Below, in pieces: positions 12,190 through 26,272 of a DNA stretch of 64,000 nt. The first letter of the stretch is position 1. Each line of letters begins with the position of its first letter. The stretch comes from Octopus sinensis (lineage: Eukaryota), in the NCBI RefSeq assembly GCF_006345805.1, contig NC_043003.1:68200001-68264000 (forward strand), given 5' to 3'. The notes below the pieces were generated by a model. It was not told the DNA's origin. It made no database searches and saw only the letters and a program-made list of their open reading frames with translations. Both the position numbers and the translations under genes were made by a program.

Positions 12190-13302
12190 ACCTGGAATGG
12201 AGATTCAATGTAAAATTTTGAGTTCAAGTTGAGCTGTCTCCTGTAGAGACATTGAGCATTTTTCAGCAAGCTTACAGCGACGAGGCAACAGGTTTATGCG
12301 AACGTTTGAGTGGCACGGATGCTTAAGTGTCTGAAGACCATTACTGGAAGATGAAGAGTGATCTGGCAGACCTGCCAAAAGAGGTACCCCAAGAAATGTG
12401 GATAAAATTCAACAGCTGGTGCATGAAGATCGCCGGAGGAAAATCAATGGCATTGCTGATGTTTTTGATCCGTCGTTTGGGTCCGTGAAGGCAATCTTAA
12501 CACCTGGACTGAACACGCGGTGTGTATCTGCCAAGTTTGACGCCCACTGACCACCAGGCAGAACAAACGTCGCATCAAAGTCTGTCAAGATCTCCGACAG
12601 CATACCGCTGATGATCAATCCTTCATGTCGAAGATCAGCACCGGTGACGAGAGTTGGGTCTACGGCTACGAATCTAAGAAGAAGCAGCAGTCGTCACAAA
12701 GGAATAGCATTTCATCTCCACGACCGAAGGAGGCTCGACCGGGCCGCTGTTCAATCAAGTGCATGGTCATCGATTTTTTCGACATTTGCAGTATTGTGCA
12801 TCAAGAATTTCCTCAGGGCCAGACCCGTCAATCGAGATTTCCACCGCGACGTTTGGAAGCGTCTAAGAGAGGACATTCGGTGAAAATAACCGAACCTGTG
12901 GAGCGCAAAGAACTGGATTCTCCACAACGACAATTAACCCTGTCACCGAGCTCTCCTCGTGTGTGACTTTCTCGCCAAAAATAACATGGTATCTCTTCTG
13001 TAATTGCCCCATTCACCAGATTTTCTACCTGCGAACTTCCACCTCTTCTCCAAGACGAAAAGACAACTCAAAGGTCACCATTTTAACACTGTTTTCGACA
13101 ATAAGATCGAACGGCAGAGGATCCTAGATTCACTTACGGAAAACGACTTCCAGGCCAGATTCCAAAAGTGATAGGAACGCTGAGACCGGTGTATTGCTGC
13201 GCAAGGTGACTATTTCGAATAGGATGATGTTAAAATTTAGGTAAATATGTTATTTTCTTATTAAACATAGCTAGCTCGAAAAATTTTTGATACCACCTCA
13301 TA
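12190..13302 (+). mobile_element. Decayed mariner (DD34D-type) transposon
   Basis: ORF 12625-12966 reads MSKISTGDESWVYGYE..SSPRPKEAR..MVIDFFD; degenerate HTH region at ~12200-12400; 3' TIR-like aaatttttgataccacctca followed by TA at 13301-13302; many stops and frameshifts. Confidence 0.9.
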
Positions 13303-14164
13303 GAAAAAGAAATTTTTTTTCGTTTTACTGTAGTTTAATTTCAAACGAGGAGAAAAATAAACATAAATATATGTTGGTGTATAAAGCAAGAAAAATATTA
13401 TTTAGACGAATAACACAGCATAGCTTTAACATCATATATTGTTCGTATGTTAAAGGAGCTCCCCGAATGATAACAGATGCTCTGTTTTTCAAATAATGTC
13501 TTTTAAGATAAGAAAACTGTCACAACCTATCGCTTCATTTGTCAGTATATTTTGCGAAACATTAGTCGGAAACAAAGGAAAGAATAGATGAGTTCGCTTC
13601 GTTGTGCTTATACATATACAGATCATATGTGTGTTTGTGTGCTTGCGCGTGTGTATGTCTATATGTGTGAGTGCGTATGCGTACATGTGTGGGTGGGGAT
13701 ATGTGCGTTTGTGTGTGACTGTGTATGGATATGTAATTACTTTGGTGGTCTTGTGGGTAACAGTACTTATAAAGTACTAGCTTATATACGTAGGTTGAGG
13801 TCTCAATATCTGTAGGGATTTTAACTGGGTAAAATCCAGGCTACTTATGCTCCTTAACCAGCTAATAATCTGATGTAATAAATAATTAACCTGGGGTACC
13901 TGACTTAGCTGTTCATCAAACCGAAAATACCTTAATTACACGAAGGTTACATTGGTTGCTAACCTGAAGCAATACAGACACTCAACTTTTCGAATTTCTT
14001 ATTGACTTCGATATAGGAAAGATGTGTAACCTTCCGCACCGATAAATTGTTACTGTTCTGGACCGTACGCTGACCGCTTTCTGTTTTCTTTACCTGTCAT
14101 GGTATGTTTGAAGCTTTCAAACTTCTTACACTTGGATCATCTGGATCTTACCCGTATATATCCT

Positions 14165-14203
<39 letters not shown>

Positions 14204-14408
14204 GTAATATAAATATATATATTATATATATATATATATTATATATATATATATAATATATATATATTACATATAACCATGAATTATATTTGTGTAAACA
14301 CACACTCACACAGGGTCAGGTGCACACACAAGTACTCATATATATGTAAGTATATATATTTATTTATATATTATTTACATAATCATGTAAATATTTACCT
14401 GTATATAC

Positions 14409-14441
<33 letters not shown>

Positions 14442-14536
14442 CAACATATACATGCATACATAGTATATGTGCAAGTATACAATATATGCAAGAAATGACG
14501 TCGATGATTTATTGTATACATATGTAAGTATGCAAG

Positions 14537-14619
<83 letters not shown>

Positions 14620-15710
14620 GCGTGTGGGTATGAATTTCAAGTAAAACATAATGGATAGAGAGAAAAGATGACTAACATGTTATCATTTCAGACTGCTTAC
14701 TCTATCACTTTTGACAGGTTCAGTTAAAATGTGTCAAATTATAAACAATTGTCAGTTCATATGATTGTCGTGCAAAAATATACTTTTGATTTCGATGGCA
14801 AACAAGGAAATACGTTTTTATTTTTATTTATCGTATATGTTGCCCGATAACAGCCGAATACAAAAGAAAACGCAGATATTATTTAAATCACCGTTTTATT
14901 AACGATGAACATACAACATAAGTATTCTCATAAGTATTAAGAGAAAATTCAAGAAGAGTTATTTACAATTACCAGTAAATTGTACAATATTATTTAAATT
15001 GAAAATAGCTGTTAAGACATATGATTCTAGTACTTTGTGGGTTGAGTCTGTCTCGTGAGAGTACTTGTGTGGAGTATTCCTTTGTTCGTAAGTTATAATA
15101 TCGCTACTACGTATTCGCTGCAAGGTGAGAATTTCATTTGAATAATAAAGATAAATTTTCATTTTCAAAAAGAAAAGAAAATACGTAACTCTCATTCTAC
15201 TTGAATTCTTCTGCAAGTACTGGAAAGCAAATAAGTAGCTTACATCTTCAATTTAATGGTAATCTTTGAATAGCTTGTATGGTATAAGAATCGAAGACAC
15301 GATATCACAATGAGTATATGAGAGCATTGGGGAAACTTCAGGTAACGGAAAGAAATGGTGTATTTTACATTGGGTTAAAACCGTTACGTAAAGACGCCTG
15401 ATCCCCCAGGTATTTCTAAATATGCAAGGATTTGAGCGAAAACAAGTATAAACAATAAAGTTGATAGAATTAAGTTTAATGAAGTAGTGCATTATCGATT
15501 ATAATTAGGGATAGTTACAGCCAATAGCTTTGGAAATCGATATTCAATGACGATACAATGAAAGGTAGTGAATTTTTGGTTCGCAAAAAGGAATCATAAT
15601 CATATCGACGAGGGATATTTGGACCAGAATACTTTATAAATGTATTATATTATTCATTGCACATTTATCATTATCCATCTCATTATACACACACATGTAT
15701 ACATATATAT

Positions 15711-15758
<48 letters not shown>

Positions 15759-15861
15759 CATGTGTGTGTGCCCGTCTTTATCTTTATATAAGTATATGCA
15801 TATATCGATGTATATATGTGTGTTTACCCATTCTTTTATTCATTTATTCTTTTTCTTTCTG

Positions 15862-16095
15862 TGATTCGACCGCGGCCATATTGGAGCGAGCACTCTCTCA
15901 AGGCATTTAAGTCGGAGAAATCGACCCTAAGACTTATCCTTTGCAAACCTAGTACGTATTCTATCGGTTTCTTTTGCCGAACAACTAGCTTACGGGGACA
16001 CAAAGCGCCATCATCGGTTGTCAAGTAATGGTAGGAGGACAAACCCAGACACATGCACATTAATACATACATATATACATACATACATATATATA

Positions 16096-16136
<41 letters not shown>

Positions 16137-16260
16137 TATTGTTTGAGTCTACCAAATTCACTCATAAGTTCGAGGCTATAGTAGAAGACGCTTTCTCAAG
16201 GCACCAAGCAGTGTGACTGAGCTAGAGCCATATGGTTGGGAAGAAAGCTTCTTACCACAC
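15862..16260 (-). mobile_element. SINE family A with internal microsatellite, degenerate
   Basis: Tail gcggccatattggagc.., middle ggttgtcaag, TA run, head ..cttcttaccacac. Confidence 0.8.
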
Positions 16261-16829
16261 ATTTGATACAGATTTCTCCGGATGTGGCTGTTTAATTTAA
16301 AATATTCGCTTCGTGTGTAGTGTTAGCAACCATTCGGGAAAGTTCCTTTTATAAACCAAAAGATCGACCAAAATTCTTGTTTCGCGAAATTAATAGTCGT
16401 AAGATGTATGGATGCCCACCAGAGAAATATCACTTGTTCAAGGTTGACAGACATTATAGAGCAACGTATAACATCAGTGCGGTGACCCAGCATGGCAACA
16501 GTGTATGACTGAGACAGGTGTAAGATTTTTAATCAACGTACGATGTGCAAAGTATTTCAGTACGATTCAAACCGCAATACCTATTTTAGGTCAGACATCC
16601 ACGTTTCGCATAACTTCTAGTTCCTAATTGGCATGGTTGTCTCCAGGAAACCCATAAAGCCTACTCTTTCACCTGTAACAAAATTATATATAAGGCACTC
16701 TTATACGAATAGAGACATAATATTGCAATTCAAGAGTCCCATAGAAAGGACTCTTGAAGGATTTGATAATGCATTTCATATTTTTGACGTACGCCAATAT
16801 ATTTGTTTAGGTATATACATATATCTCTC

Positions 16830-17100
<271 letters not shown>

Positions 17101-17283
17101 TGTTAACTCCTCTACTTCTTAGAATGTGCTTCTCCTTCGGATTTATGTATTTCTACAAACGATATATATAAATAAAAAAAGAATATATATATATATATGT
17201 GCGTGTATGTGTGTATGTGACCGCGTGTTTATCGTTGGCGATTTTCTTTCTCCGTCTTCCCTCCCTTGGACCTTTCTTTTTTC

Positions 17284-17320
17284 TGTTTTTGACGAAGAGC
17301 TCCGCTTGAAACGTTAAATC
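17284..17320 (+). ncRNA. Minimal PLE-type hammerhead-like motif (second copy near 17865-17902)
   Basis: ttgacga-a-gagc-tcc-gctt-gaaa-cgtt-aaa: C3 is replaced by U; palindromic ACGU stem III. Confidence 0.5.
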
Positions 17321-17462
17321 CTCCTTCTGTCTTTCCTTTCCTGAGCGTCCAATAACACTATACTTGTTCCACGTCCTCGCGTTGTTGTGTTTTCTCTTTG
17401 TTCATATTTGGCGTAACTATATACATACATATACATATATATACATACATATATATATATAT

Positions 17463-17514
<52 letters not shown>

Positions 17515-18720
17515 TATAGTGAGTTAGGCCGGTTTATGAGGTTAGCCTGGGTTTCTCGCTCATACGGGCTTTAAAGATGTCTCAGGCCTGTAGTGTTTCG
17601 GGTTCTGAAGATACGCCATAAGGCTAAACCCCATAGGAGCGAGAAACCCAGGGTAACCCCATGAACCGGCCTATCCCACTATAATGTTAACTCCTCTACT
17701 TCTTAGAATGTGCTTCTCCTTCGGATTTATGTATTTCTACAAACGATATATATAAATAAAAAAAGAATATATATATATATGTGCGTGTATGTGTGTATGT
17801 GACCGCGTGTTTATCGTTGGCGATTTTCTTTCTCCGTCTTCCCTCCCTTGGACCTTTCTTTTTTCTGTTTTTGACGAAGAGCTCCGCTTGAAACGTTAAA
17901 TCCTCCTTCTGTCTTTCCTTTCCTGAGCGTCCAATAACACTATACTTGTTCCACGTCCTCGCGTTGTTGTGTTTTCTCTTTGTTCATATTTGGCGTAACT
18001 ATATACATACATATACATATATATACATACATATATATATATACAGTTATATTGATTGATTGATTTTGCTTGTTAAAGTAACATTCAATGAAATTACTCA
18101 ATTTCAGGCCACATAAGAATCGCATAATATTGAAGAAAAGGATTTTTATTTACCTGGAGTTACAGTTTCTCATTAAGAGCATTAATTCCATTCTCATTAA
18201 GAGCTTTATTTCCACCAATTTGGTGCTACTCCACATTGGGACTATCATTTGGCATATTTGTTATCGAAGTTGACTGGACGAAGAGGATCGTGAGAATATG
18301 CTTGACACACTCGCACCATTGAGTTTTCTTATAAGGTTAATTATATGATAAAATTTATGGTAAAAAAGGGAAAAATGGACAGCCATTTCTTTTGATGTTT
18401 GCAATTCCAGCCTCATCAACAGTGCACGGAGCAGAACTGGACTCTCGGGAGTTTTAAATCAGGCGTTCATAAAAATAACATATCTTGTCTGGAAAATATA
18501 ATAAAGTTTTGAAAGAGAGTTGTAGTTGAATAAACACTGACTTTATACTCATTCAAACTATGTATACACACACACATGCGCGCGCATATGCATGCACACA
18601 TACACGTATATATATATTCATATATGAATATAGATCTATAAATATAACTATAAACATGTATATACGCTTATTTATATATATACACATATATATGTATGTA
18701 GACATATATATTTATATACG

Positions 18721-18767
<47 letters not shown>

Positions 18768-18787
18768 TATATATGTATATGTGTGTG

Positions 18788-18837
<50 letters not shown>

Positions 18838-20508
18838 TTTGTTTCTGTGTATGCGGATGGTGTACCTATACTACGAGCAGCAAAAGTTCATGACTAAGGG
18901 TGAAAAAAAGATTAACTGACATAAAAAAATTATAGCTGTCTAAACAATGTCTGCAACAATTTCCATCTTTCTGTTTGAAAAACATATTAAACTGTTGCAG
19001 TTACCAAACTATTGCAACATTGTAGACGTAACATTTTACACTAGGAAATTGGTTTACTATATCATAGCATTAGTTTCCAATCTTTGCAATATTTACTACA
19101 ATCATATGTACCTTAATTCTCTCAGCAAATGTGTCATAATATCTTATAGTAAATCATGTATTTATATATACATACACACATTCCAACAAGCATCCCCTCT
19201 ACCTCTCTTTGTCTCTCTCACACACACACACAAACACGCTCAACACCACCCCTACACAGATACGACACACACACATTCACCACCACCTCCTACACGCACG
19301 CACATGTATATATTCTCTCTTTATCCCTGATGCCAGGTTTCACCATCCATGCAGGTCCACCTGGAAGGGTTTAATCTAAGAAATCCATCTCAATATTTAT
19401 ATTTTAAATCCGGAACTCCTTCACCAATTTCTTGTGACGGTTTGTGTGCACACGTGTATTGACTGTCTGTAAAAGAAATATTTTTCCAGGAAAATGCAAG
19501 GTATTAACACAGAGCCTCGTATGAAAGCGCCCCCCACCCTTCAGATTAATGGCTCCCTGCCTATGCATCTACAATTTACCGAGACGTCTACTATAGCTAG
19601 GATATTATTCTCCTTTCTACAACAGCTACGTCTCCATACAACAAAACCTTCAATCTCAACACGATTGCATTTTCACATTCTACCAAATTCAGTTCTTAGT
19701 AGGTCACTGCATTTTCCAGCGCCTATAAAATTGATAGTCGTTAAAGACACCTAGATACCTCTAAAAAGAGACCTTTTGAGATTGCAATTGTTCCGATACA
19801 CTGAGGTTACCTCGATACAATATCTTCTGTAAAGTGAAAGACTGGACTCTTCCATAGTTGTATGCGTAAAATTCATTGATAGTCATTTGTAAGAGAAGAT
19901 TTAACAAATATCTACACACGTTGTGGAATCTCGCTAATAGGAAATCTGCTTAAACACAAAATGCATCATTAGAACACATACCATCCAAGACCTGATTACT
20001 GTTGCTACCTCAGCATACTATATCCCATGTGACCCACGTGCGATAACAGCCACAATCGACCTAGGTGTGAGCCAAGTAAATATTGGCATCATGTTTCCGG
20101 GTGCTCACCTAAATTCTTTCGCTCCAAGTTTTTAATTCGATTTTTGAAAACAATATTAGTTATTTTCGCCATTGTAAGACATCAATTTTTGAATTCTTTC
20201 AGTTTACGTTCTCTCCAAAATACTGAGTTATTTTTTCTTCTTTTAACTGCATAAACTATTGAAATGTTAGCATTATCTAACAGTTAAGTTTATCTAAAAT
20301 GAGTGAAGCGAAAACATTGTAGTGCTAGGCGCTTTCTTGACAAATTGCAAATTTTCGATATTGGAAATAGCATTTGCATTGTTGACATATATAGTACTGT
20401 TTTATCGACAAATAGTTGAAGAAAGAAAAAAAAATGTTAGTAATTTATATGTATAAGATATGAAAGTTCTGCATTTCGATTCATTTGTCTGCTTCCATCT
20501 AGTCAATT

Positions 20509-20747
20509 TGTGTAATCAAATTGCCAAAATTACAGATGGAAACATACTGCTGAAAAGAAATGAAAACACATGTTTATTCAGTAAAGATACGTTATTTTAT
20601 TATCATAACTTAATATTTGATAGTAAAGAAAATCAGAACTTACTAACAGAAACACGTGCGGCGAAAGCAATTACGACGACAACAGAATTTATGTCATTCT
20701 GCTTGATTTATGAAGCGCAAAACGTTTTGTTTCGCCTTAAATTGTGA
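20509..20747 (+). CDS. Possible exon of an unidentified host gene
   Basis: 95-aa non-microsatellite ORF with a candidate acceptor (tttgtctgcttccatctag|); no recognisable homology. Confidence 0.2.
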
Positions 20748-20889
20748 AAACACATAGGCAAAATTTTACATAGCTAAGTTGTTAAAAAGTAAAAAAAGAT
20801 TCTATATAGCTAAGTCGTACAAAAAGGATCCGTAAAATATTTAATAAACACACCCTGAGGTTATAATTTTGTTGTGCACCAATGTAAAA

Positions 20890-21470
20890 AAAGTTATTAG
20901 AAGGTATTTCCCTCTTCAGCCAGAGGTAGGATGCTCATGTAGGGGTAATACATGTCCACTGAACGGCCACTGTAATAAGAAATATGAGGCCCAGTTAACA
21001 GGAATTTGTGCAATTGGTCAACCGAACGTGCAAAAGTACGTAGGAGTAATTGAAGACCACTTCAGAACCCCATATAACAACCGCAAGTCCTAGTTCAACA
21101 TCCCTGAATGACGAAAGGCTTCAACCCTAGCCAAGCACATATGGTTGTTGAAAGAAAGCGCTACCAAATACAGCATAAAGTGGGGGATAGAAAACAAATG
21201 TAAAGCATACTTCAATAGCAGTAGGGAGTGCGGATTGTGCTAGGCTGAGTAGAATCATATTAAATCTGTCTCAGCACCTAGACATCTATCTACAACAGCA
21301 GTAGTGAAATTGCTAATCTTTGCCTACATGAAGGGAAGTATATTATTCTATCATAACTAGTTGCCCCACCGGGACTATAACCACCAGCTGCGACCCTTCC
21401 ACCACCAGTATCTGAGAACTATGATAAGAGTTTCACCAGAACATATACAAACGCACTCATAGAAAAACAC
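20890..21470 (+). pseudogene. Penelope-clade GIY-YIG endonuclease relic
   Basis: CSCRGNTCPLNGHC..KYVGVIEDHFRTPYNNRKS*F..ASTLAKHIWLLKE..YSIKWGI..CGLC*AE: Penelope endonuclease pattern with stop codons. Confidence 0.85.
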
Positions 21471-21865
21471 ATGTTCTAACATGGCGGACATCCAACCAAT
21501 TAACCTTTTTCTCCCCCATTATAAGGCCCCACACACACCTACACAAACTTCATACATACATAAATGCCTCAATGAATTTAACCATAGATCAACCACCACC
21601 ACCCCCACAATTACTTTCACTGAAAACGCTACATATGTAGTACCTTTGTACATATTGCATTTCTACGAGAACACCAACCCTAAAACTTACATATCTTTTA
21701 CCCATACACAATTTTCCAGAAAATTCTTGTTGATTTGCAACATCCTCAGATGACTGACTAAATATTAAATAAAATTTGGTTGGCATATGTACATTTTCGA
21801 AAATTTCAGTCTTCACAATGGTCGCTACTTGTGTACAAACATGACTATACCGTATTCATTTTCAG

Positions 21866-22043
21866 AATATTTAGTTTGTTTATTCCAAGGTTTGGCTACG
21901 AACAACTGGTGCTCCATGAAACATGTTAAAAGTTCGTCACAAAGTCTGGCTTTTGCGCTGTTTTCTTTAGGCATTCATTTCATCTCACGCTGCTCTGCAA
22001 TTAGTCATACCTCTGCTGTGTGGTACACAATGCACCTATACAG
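21866..22043 (+). CDS. Possible internal exon (strand uncertain)
   Basis: Acceptor attcattttcag| and donor cag|gtaaag bracket an open frame. The minus strand also has an open frame (MPKENSAKARLCDELLTCFMEHQLF..) ending at acg|gtatag. Confidence 0.25.
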
Positions 22044-23249
22044 GTAAAGTCAATTTCGTGGAGAGATTGAGATGTACAGTAGATGCATGTGATCAATATA
22101 AACAAATCATTTTGCAAGTTTTTTCATCAACATATTACAGAAACGTCTATTTCAGACTAAAAGAGACTACCATCATACTTACTTTCCTTCAGTTTTATAT
22201 ATATTCTTTTGGTAAGTTAATCTTTTGTGGGTATATAGAACATTGTGAAAGATAAGTGTGGTTTTGTTACATTAGGACATAATTTTGTAGGAAGATGAAG
22301 ACGATTGGTGAAAAGTATGTGATTAAATGTATGGACTTACAGGAAGTTAATAAGAGGATATTTATTTCGATTAAGGGGTGAATTTTTTTATTGCTCCACT
22401 CCACGCAAAAATGGAATTAAACATATATAGAAAACGTTTATTATTATCATTTTGCATTTAAATCACCTTTGCTTTTATTTCAGTTTCTGTTATTTCTATG
22501 GTCTCCAGAATATTAATAATAACATTGAAGTGTACATCGAGCTTTAATAAGTTTTTAAGGTGGTATCGTAAGTTAACAATGTTGATCAGATATCCAGGAA
22601 CGCAGTTATACCATAACGGTCCGGTGCCACTGTGGGTGTTGTAATTTTGTATCTATAGTAGACATATAACGCACCATCATCCTTCATTTAACATTGGTAG
22701 TTGCATAGGGTTTCATCTTCCCATCACACCTGCTTCTTTCAATTATTTTTACCTCTAAGGAAGAGTATATATATATATATATATATAATATCATTTAAAG
22801 TCATCTACAGTTTATGGTTTTGTGTCTTAATAGACTTTGTGTTATCACTGCATTGTCAGAGGAAGCAATTAATTTGTAAATGACTTCATTATGTTAGAGA
22901 AAAGTGTAAGGTACGCAATCAATGTTATTCAAGGAAGGGTTTACATATGCACACACTTATACTCACAAACACATATACATTTACATTCCTACATACTCAT
23001 ATATGTATTATATACAAACGTGTAGCTATCTATAAAAGTACATACGGTGGCTTACGTATTCGTGTGTGTGTGCGCGCGTGTCCCTCTAGACATATATGTA
23101 AATATATCTACACATATAATATATGCATCATTACAGATATATATATACACACACATATACATATATATATATATGTGTATATATATGTACACACACATGT
23201 ATTTATATGCATGTAGATATATCTCTATATATAATATATATATATTTAC

Positions 23250-23297
<48 letters not shown>

Positions 23298-23946
23298 ATG
23301 TATGTATGTATGCATGTGTATAAATATGTAGTGTATATGTGCATGTGTTGTGTGTGTATGTATTTATGTATGTCTACATATTTCTATACACCCGCCCACA
23401 CACACAGTGAAACGATTTATGACTTCTGATTGTGTTTTTATGCGTGCATATCGGCATAGATGTACTTACTTTGTAATTTTCCATACATCATTTTGTGGAT
23501 TTTTGTTTTACATATTGCCTTGTCCCTAATAGAAGATAAATGCTACCAGTGGAAAATAGAAGTGAAGCAGAACATTTCTTACTTCGTTTAGCAAAATGGT
23601 ATATAATTATTGTCAATATCGAATCGAGAATTCCAGCGAACGACTCTATTTCATACAACCTCTATAACATGAACATATGCCTGTGTGTATGTGTGTGTCT
23701 CTCCCTCTGCCTGCCTGTCTATCTGTCTCTGTATGTAGTTGTGTATGCGTGTGTGTGTCTATGTATATGTGTATGCATACACTGAGACAAAGTTGGAGGA
23801 TAGAGAAAAAAGACAGACAGACAGACAGACAGACAGAGTTAGGTTGATAACCTTATACACATGTACATACATGTGTGTGCTTCTGGAAATACACGGATAC
23901 ACACACACACATACATCCACAAAAACGCGCGCACAAACATATATGC

Positions 23947-24015
<69 letters not shown>

Positions 24016-24921
24016 ATATAATATATATATATATATACATATATACATACATATCTATGTAAGTGACATCTGTGAACATACAGAGAGAGTGATATATGTG
24101 AGATATACAATAAAAAGCAATTTTAGCCAGCGAAAAGAAGTATTTGTTCCAATTAGATACAATTAGGCCCAATGGTCCTTATGCCTATTCCTGGATACAA
24201 ATATATACTTTGCTAAGACTATCACCATTATCATTTCAATTAGTAACAACGCGTACCATAGTTCCCCTGGGACTTGAGTATTTTTAATATTTGAGCGAAT
24301 AGAACTATTATGGAAGGTGTTGTTTTTTGGCCAACTAGGATTTTTATATATATACTTTCTTGTATTTGAGATGGGAGGTTGTGAGTTTTGATAGATTTGG
24401 TAACTCGTTAGTTCTTATTTCGCTCTGTTATAACTTTGTTACTGTTGTTATCATTCTACGTAGGTCAGACGTGATAATGCAGGAAGTGGTATGATTTCGA
24501 ATGCTGAAAATCGTTGTTCCGTAAATATAATGTATTTAACGCCAGGATGTACACTGTACTTTCCACCTTAAAACTGTAAGATATCATTGAGTGAATTTAA
24601 CCTACATTTTTAAATATCAGACCGAATTATATTACGAAAATCTAATTTCTCAAGTAAATAATTTAACTTTATGTAGATAATCGTATTTTATTGTCTCTTG
24701 CAAAGGTCATTATGCCATTACTAAACACATACTATTCGTATCTCACTGCTGCTATTTCTGAACTTCGGTGTGTGATGAGGCAATTCTTTGCTGAAACATT
24801 TTTATTAGTATTACTAAAATTTACCGTGTAACGGTCCTCTTTTCATACCGAATTCTACTTGGTGAAATTTATTGATTACTTCTTAATTAATTCATTTTAC
24901 CCTTTGTTATTATTATTATTA

Positions 24922-24958
<37 letters not shown>

Positions 24959-24975
24959 GTGTATATATATATATA

Positions 24976-25065
24976 GGCGCAGGAGTGGCTGTGTGGTAAA
25001 TAGCTTACTTACCAACCACATGGTTCCGAATGGATTTGGTAGACGAAAACTGTAAGAAGCCCGTC

Positions 25066-25133
<68 letters not shown>

Positions 25134-25368
25134 GTGTGTGTCTGTATGTGTATATGTGTATGTGTGCGTGTATTTGTTTGTCCCCCGAACACCGCTTGAA
25201 AACCGATGCTGGTGTGTTTACGTCCCCGTAACTTAGAGACAAAAGAGACCGATAGAATAAGTACTAGGCTTACAAAGAATAAATCCTGGGTTCCATTTGT
25301 TCGACTAAAGGTGGTGCTCCAGCATGGCCGCAGTCAAATGACTGAAACAAGTAAAAGAATAAAAGAAT
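24976..25368 (+). mobile_element. SINE family A with head deletion and internal (TA)n(TG)n
   Basis: ggcgcaggagtggctgtgtggtaa..ggttccg/aatggatttggtagacg..ggtgctccagcatggccgcagtcaaatgactgaaacaag. Confidence 0.9.
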
Positions 25369-25754
25369 ATATATATACGATCATGTACCAGGCTCAAATA
25401 CATTATAGAATTCTGCGAAAAGTATTAGGGTTTTGTTTTTAAAAATCATTTAGGAAATCGACCTGTCATATTTATCGATATAGCGCCTTATGATTTTCAT
25501 GTATTAATATGTCCGCTTCACATTTTTTAGACACATTATAGATTTACTACGTTTCTCGCTCGAAGTAAAATGGAAGCGAAATGAAAATTCTCTTTTATTC
25601 TTAAATGATATTCGCTTTTATATTAAACCGTGAGCTTAAATGATGAAACATCATGAGGAAGAAATTTTGTACTGCTTCAGTTGTCTTAGATAACAATTGA
25701 ATAGTGTGACTGTAGAATATTCAAGAAAGAAAAGGCTTCGTCGACGTGAACGAA

Positions 25755-26272
25755 GAAGAAGAAGAAGAAGAAGAGGAAGAAAAAGAAGGAGAAGAAGAAG
25801 AAGAAGAGAAGAAGAAGAAGAGGAAGAAAAGGAGGAGGAAGGAAAAGGGAGCAGAAGAAGAAGAAGAAGAGAAGAAGAAGAAGAGGAAGAAGGGGATGAG
25901 GAAGGAGAGGTGGAGAAGAAGAAGAAGATAAAGTAGAGGAAGAGGGAAGAAGGAGAAGAAAAAGTAGAGGAAGAGGGAAGAAGGGGATGAGGAAGGAGAG
26001 GGGGAGAAGAAGAAGAAAAAGAAAAAGTAGAGAAAGAGGGAAGAAGGGATGAGGAAGGAGAGGTGGAGAAGAAGAAGAAGATAAAGTAGAGGAAGAGGGA
26101 AGAAGGAGAAGAAAAAGTAGAGGAAGAGGGAAGAAGGGGATGAGGAAGGAGAGGGAGAGAAGAAGAAGAAGAAGAAGAAGAAGAAGAAGAAGAAGAAATG
26201 AAAAATAGAGGAAGAGGGAAGAAAAGGAGGAGGAAGGAAAAGGGAGCAGAAGAAGAAGAAGAAGAAGAAGAA
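25755..26272. repeat. Polypurine (GAA/GAG) tract with higher-order repeats
   Basis: Nearly all A/G; block gatgaggaaggagaggtggagaagaagaagaagataaagtagagg recurs about 155 bp apart. Confidence 0.9.

Noticed and set aside
16728-16760. 11-bp hairpin ttcaagagtcc/ggactcttgaa resembling a terminator
   Set aside because: No supporting context; bacterial terminator logic does not apply here
19330-19960. Possible LINE C-terminal relic on the minus strand
   Set aside because: No motif could be matched convincingly by eye
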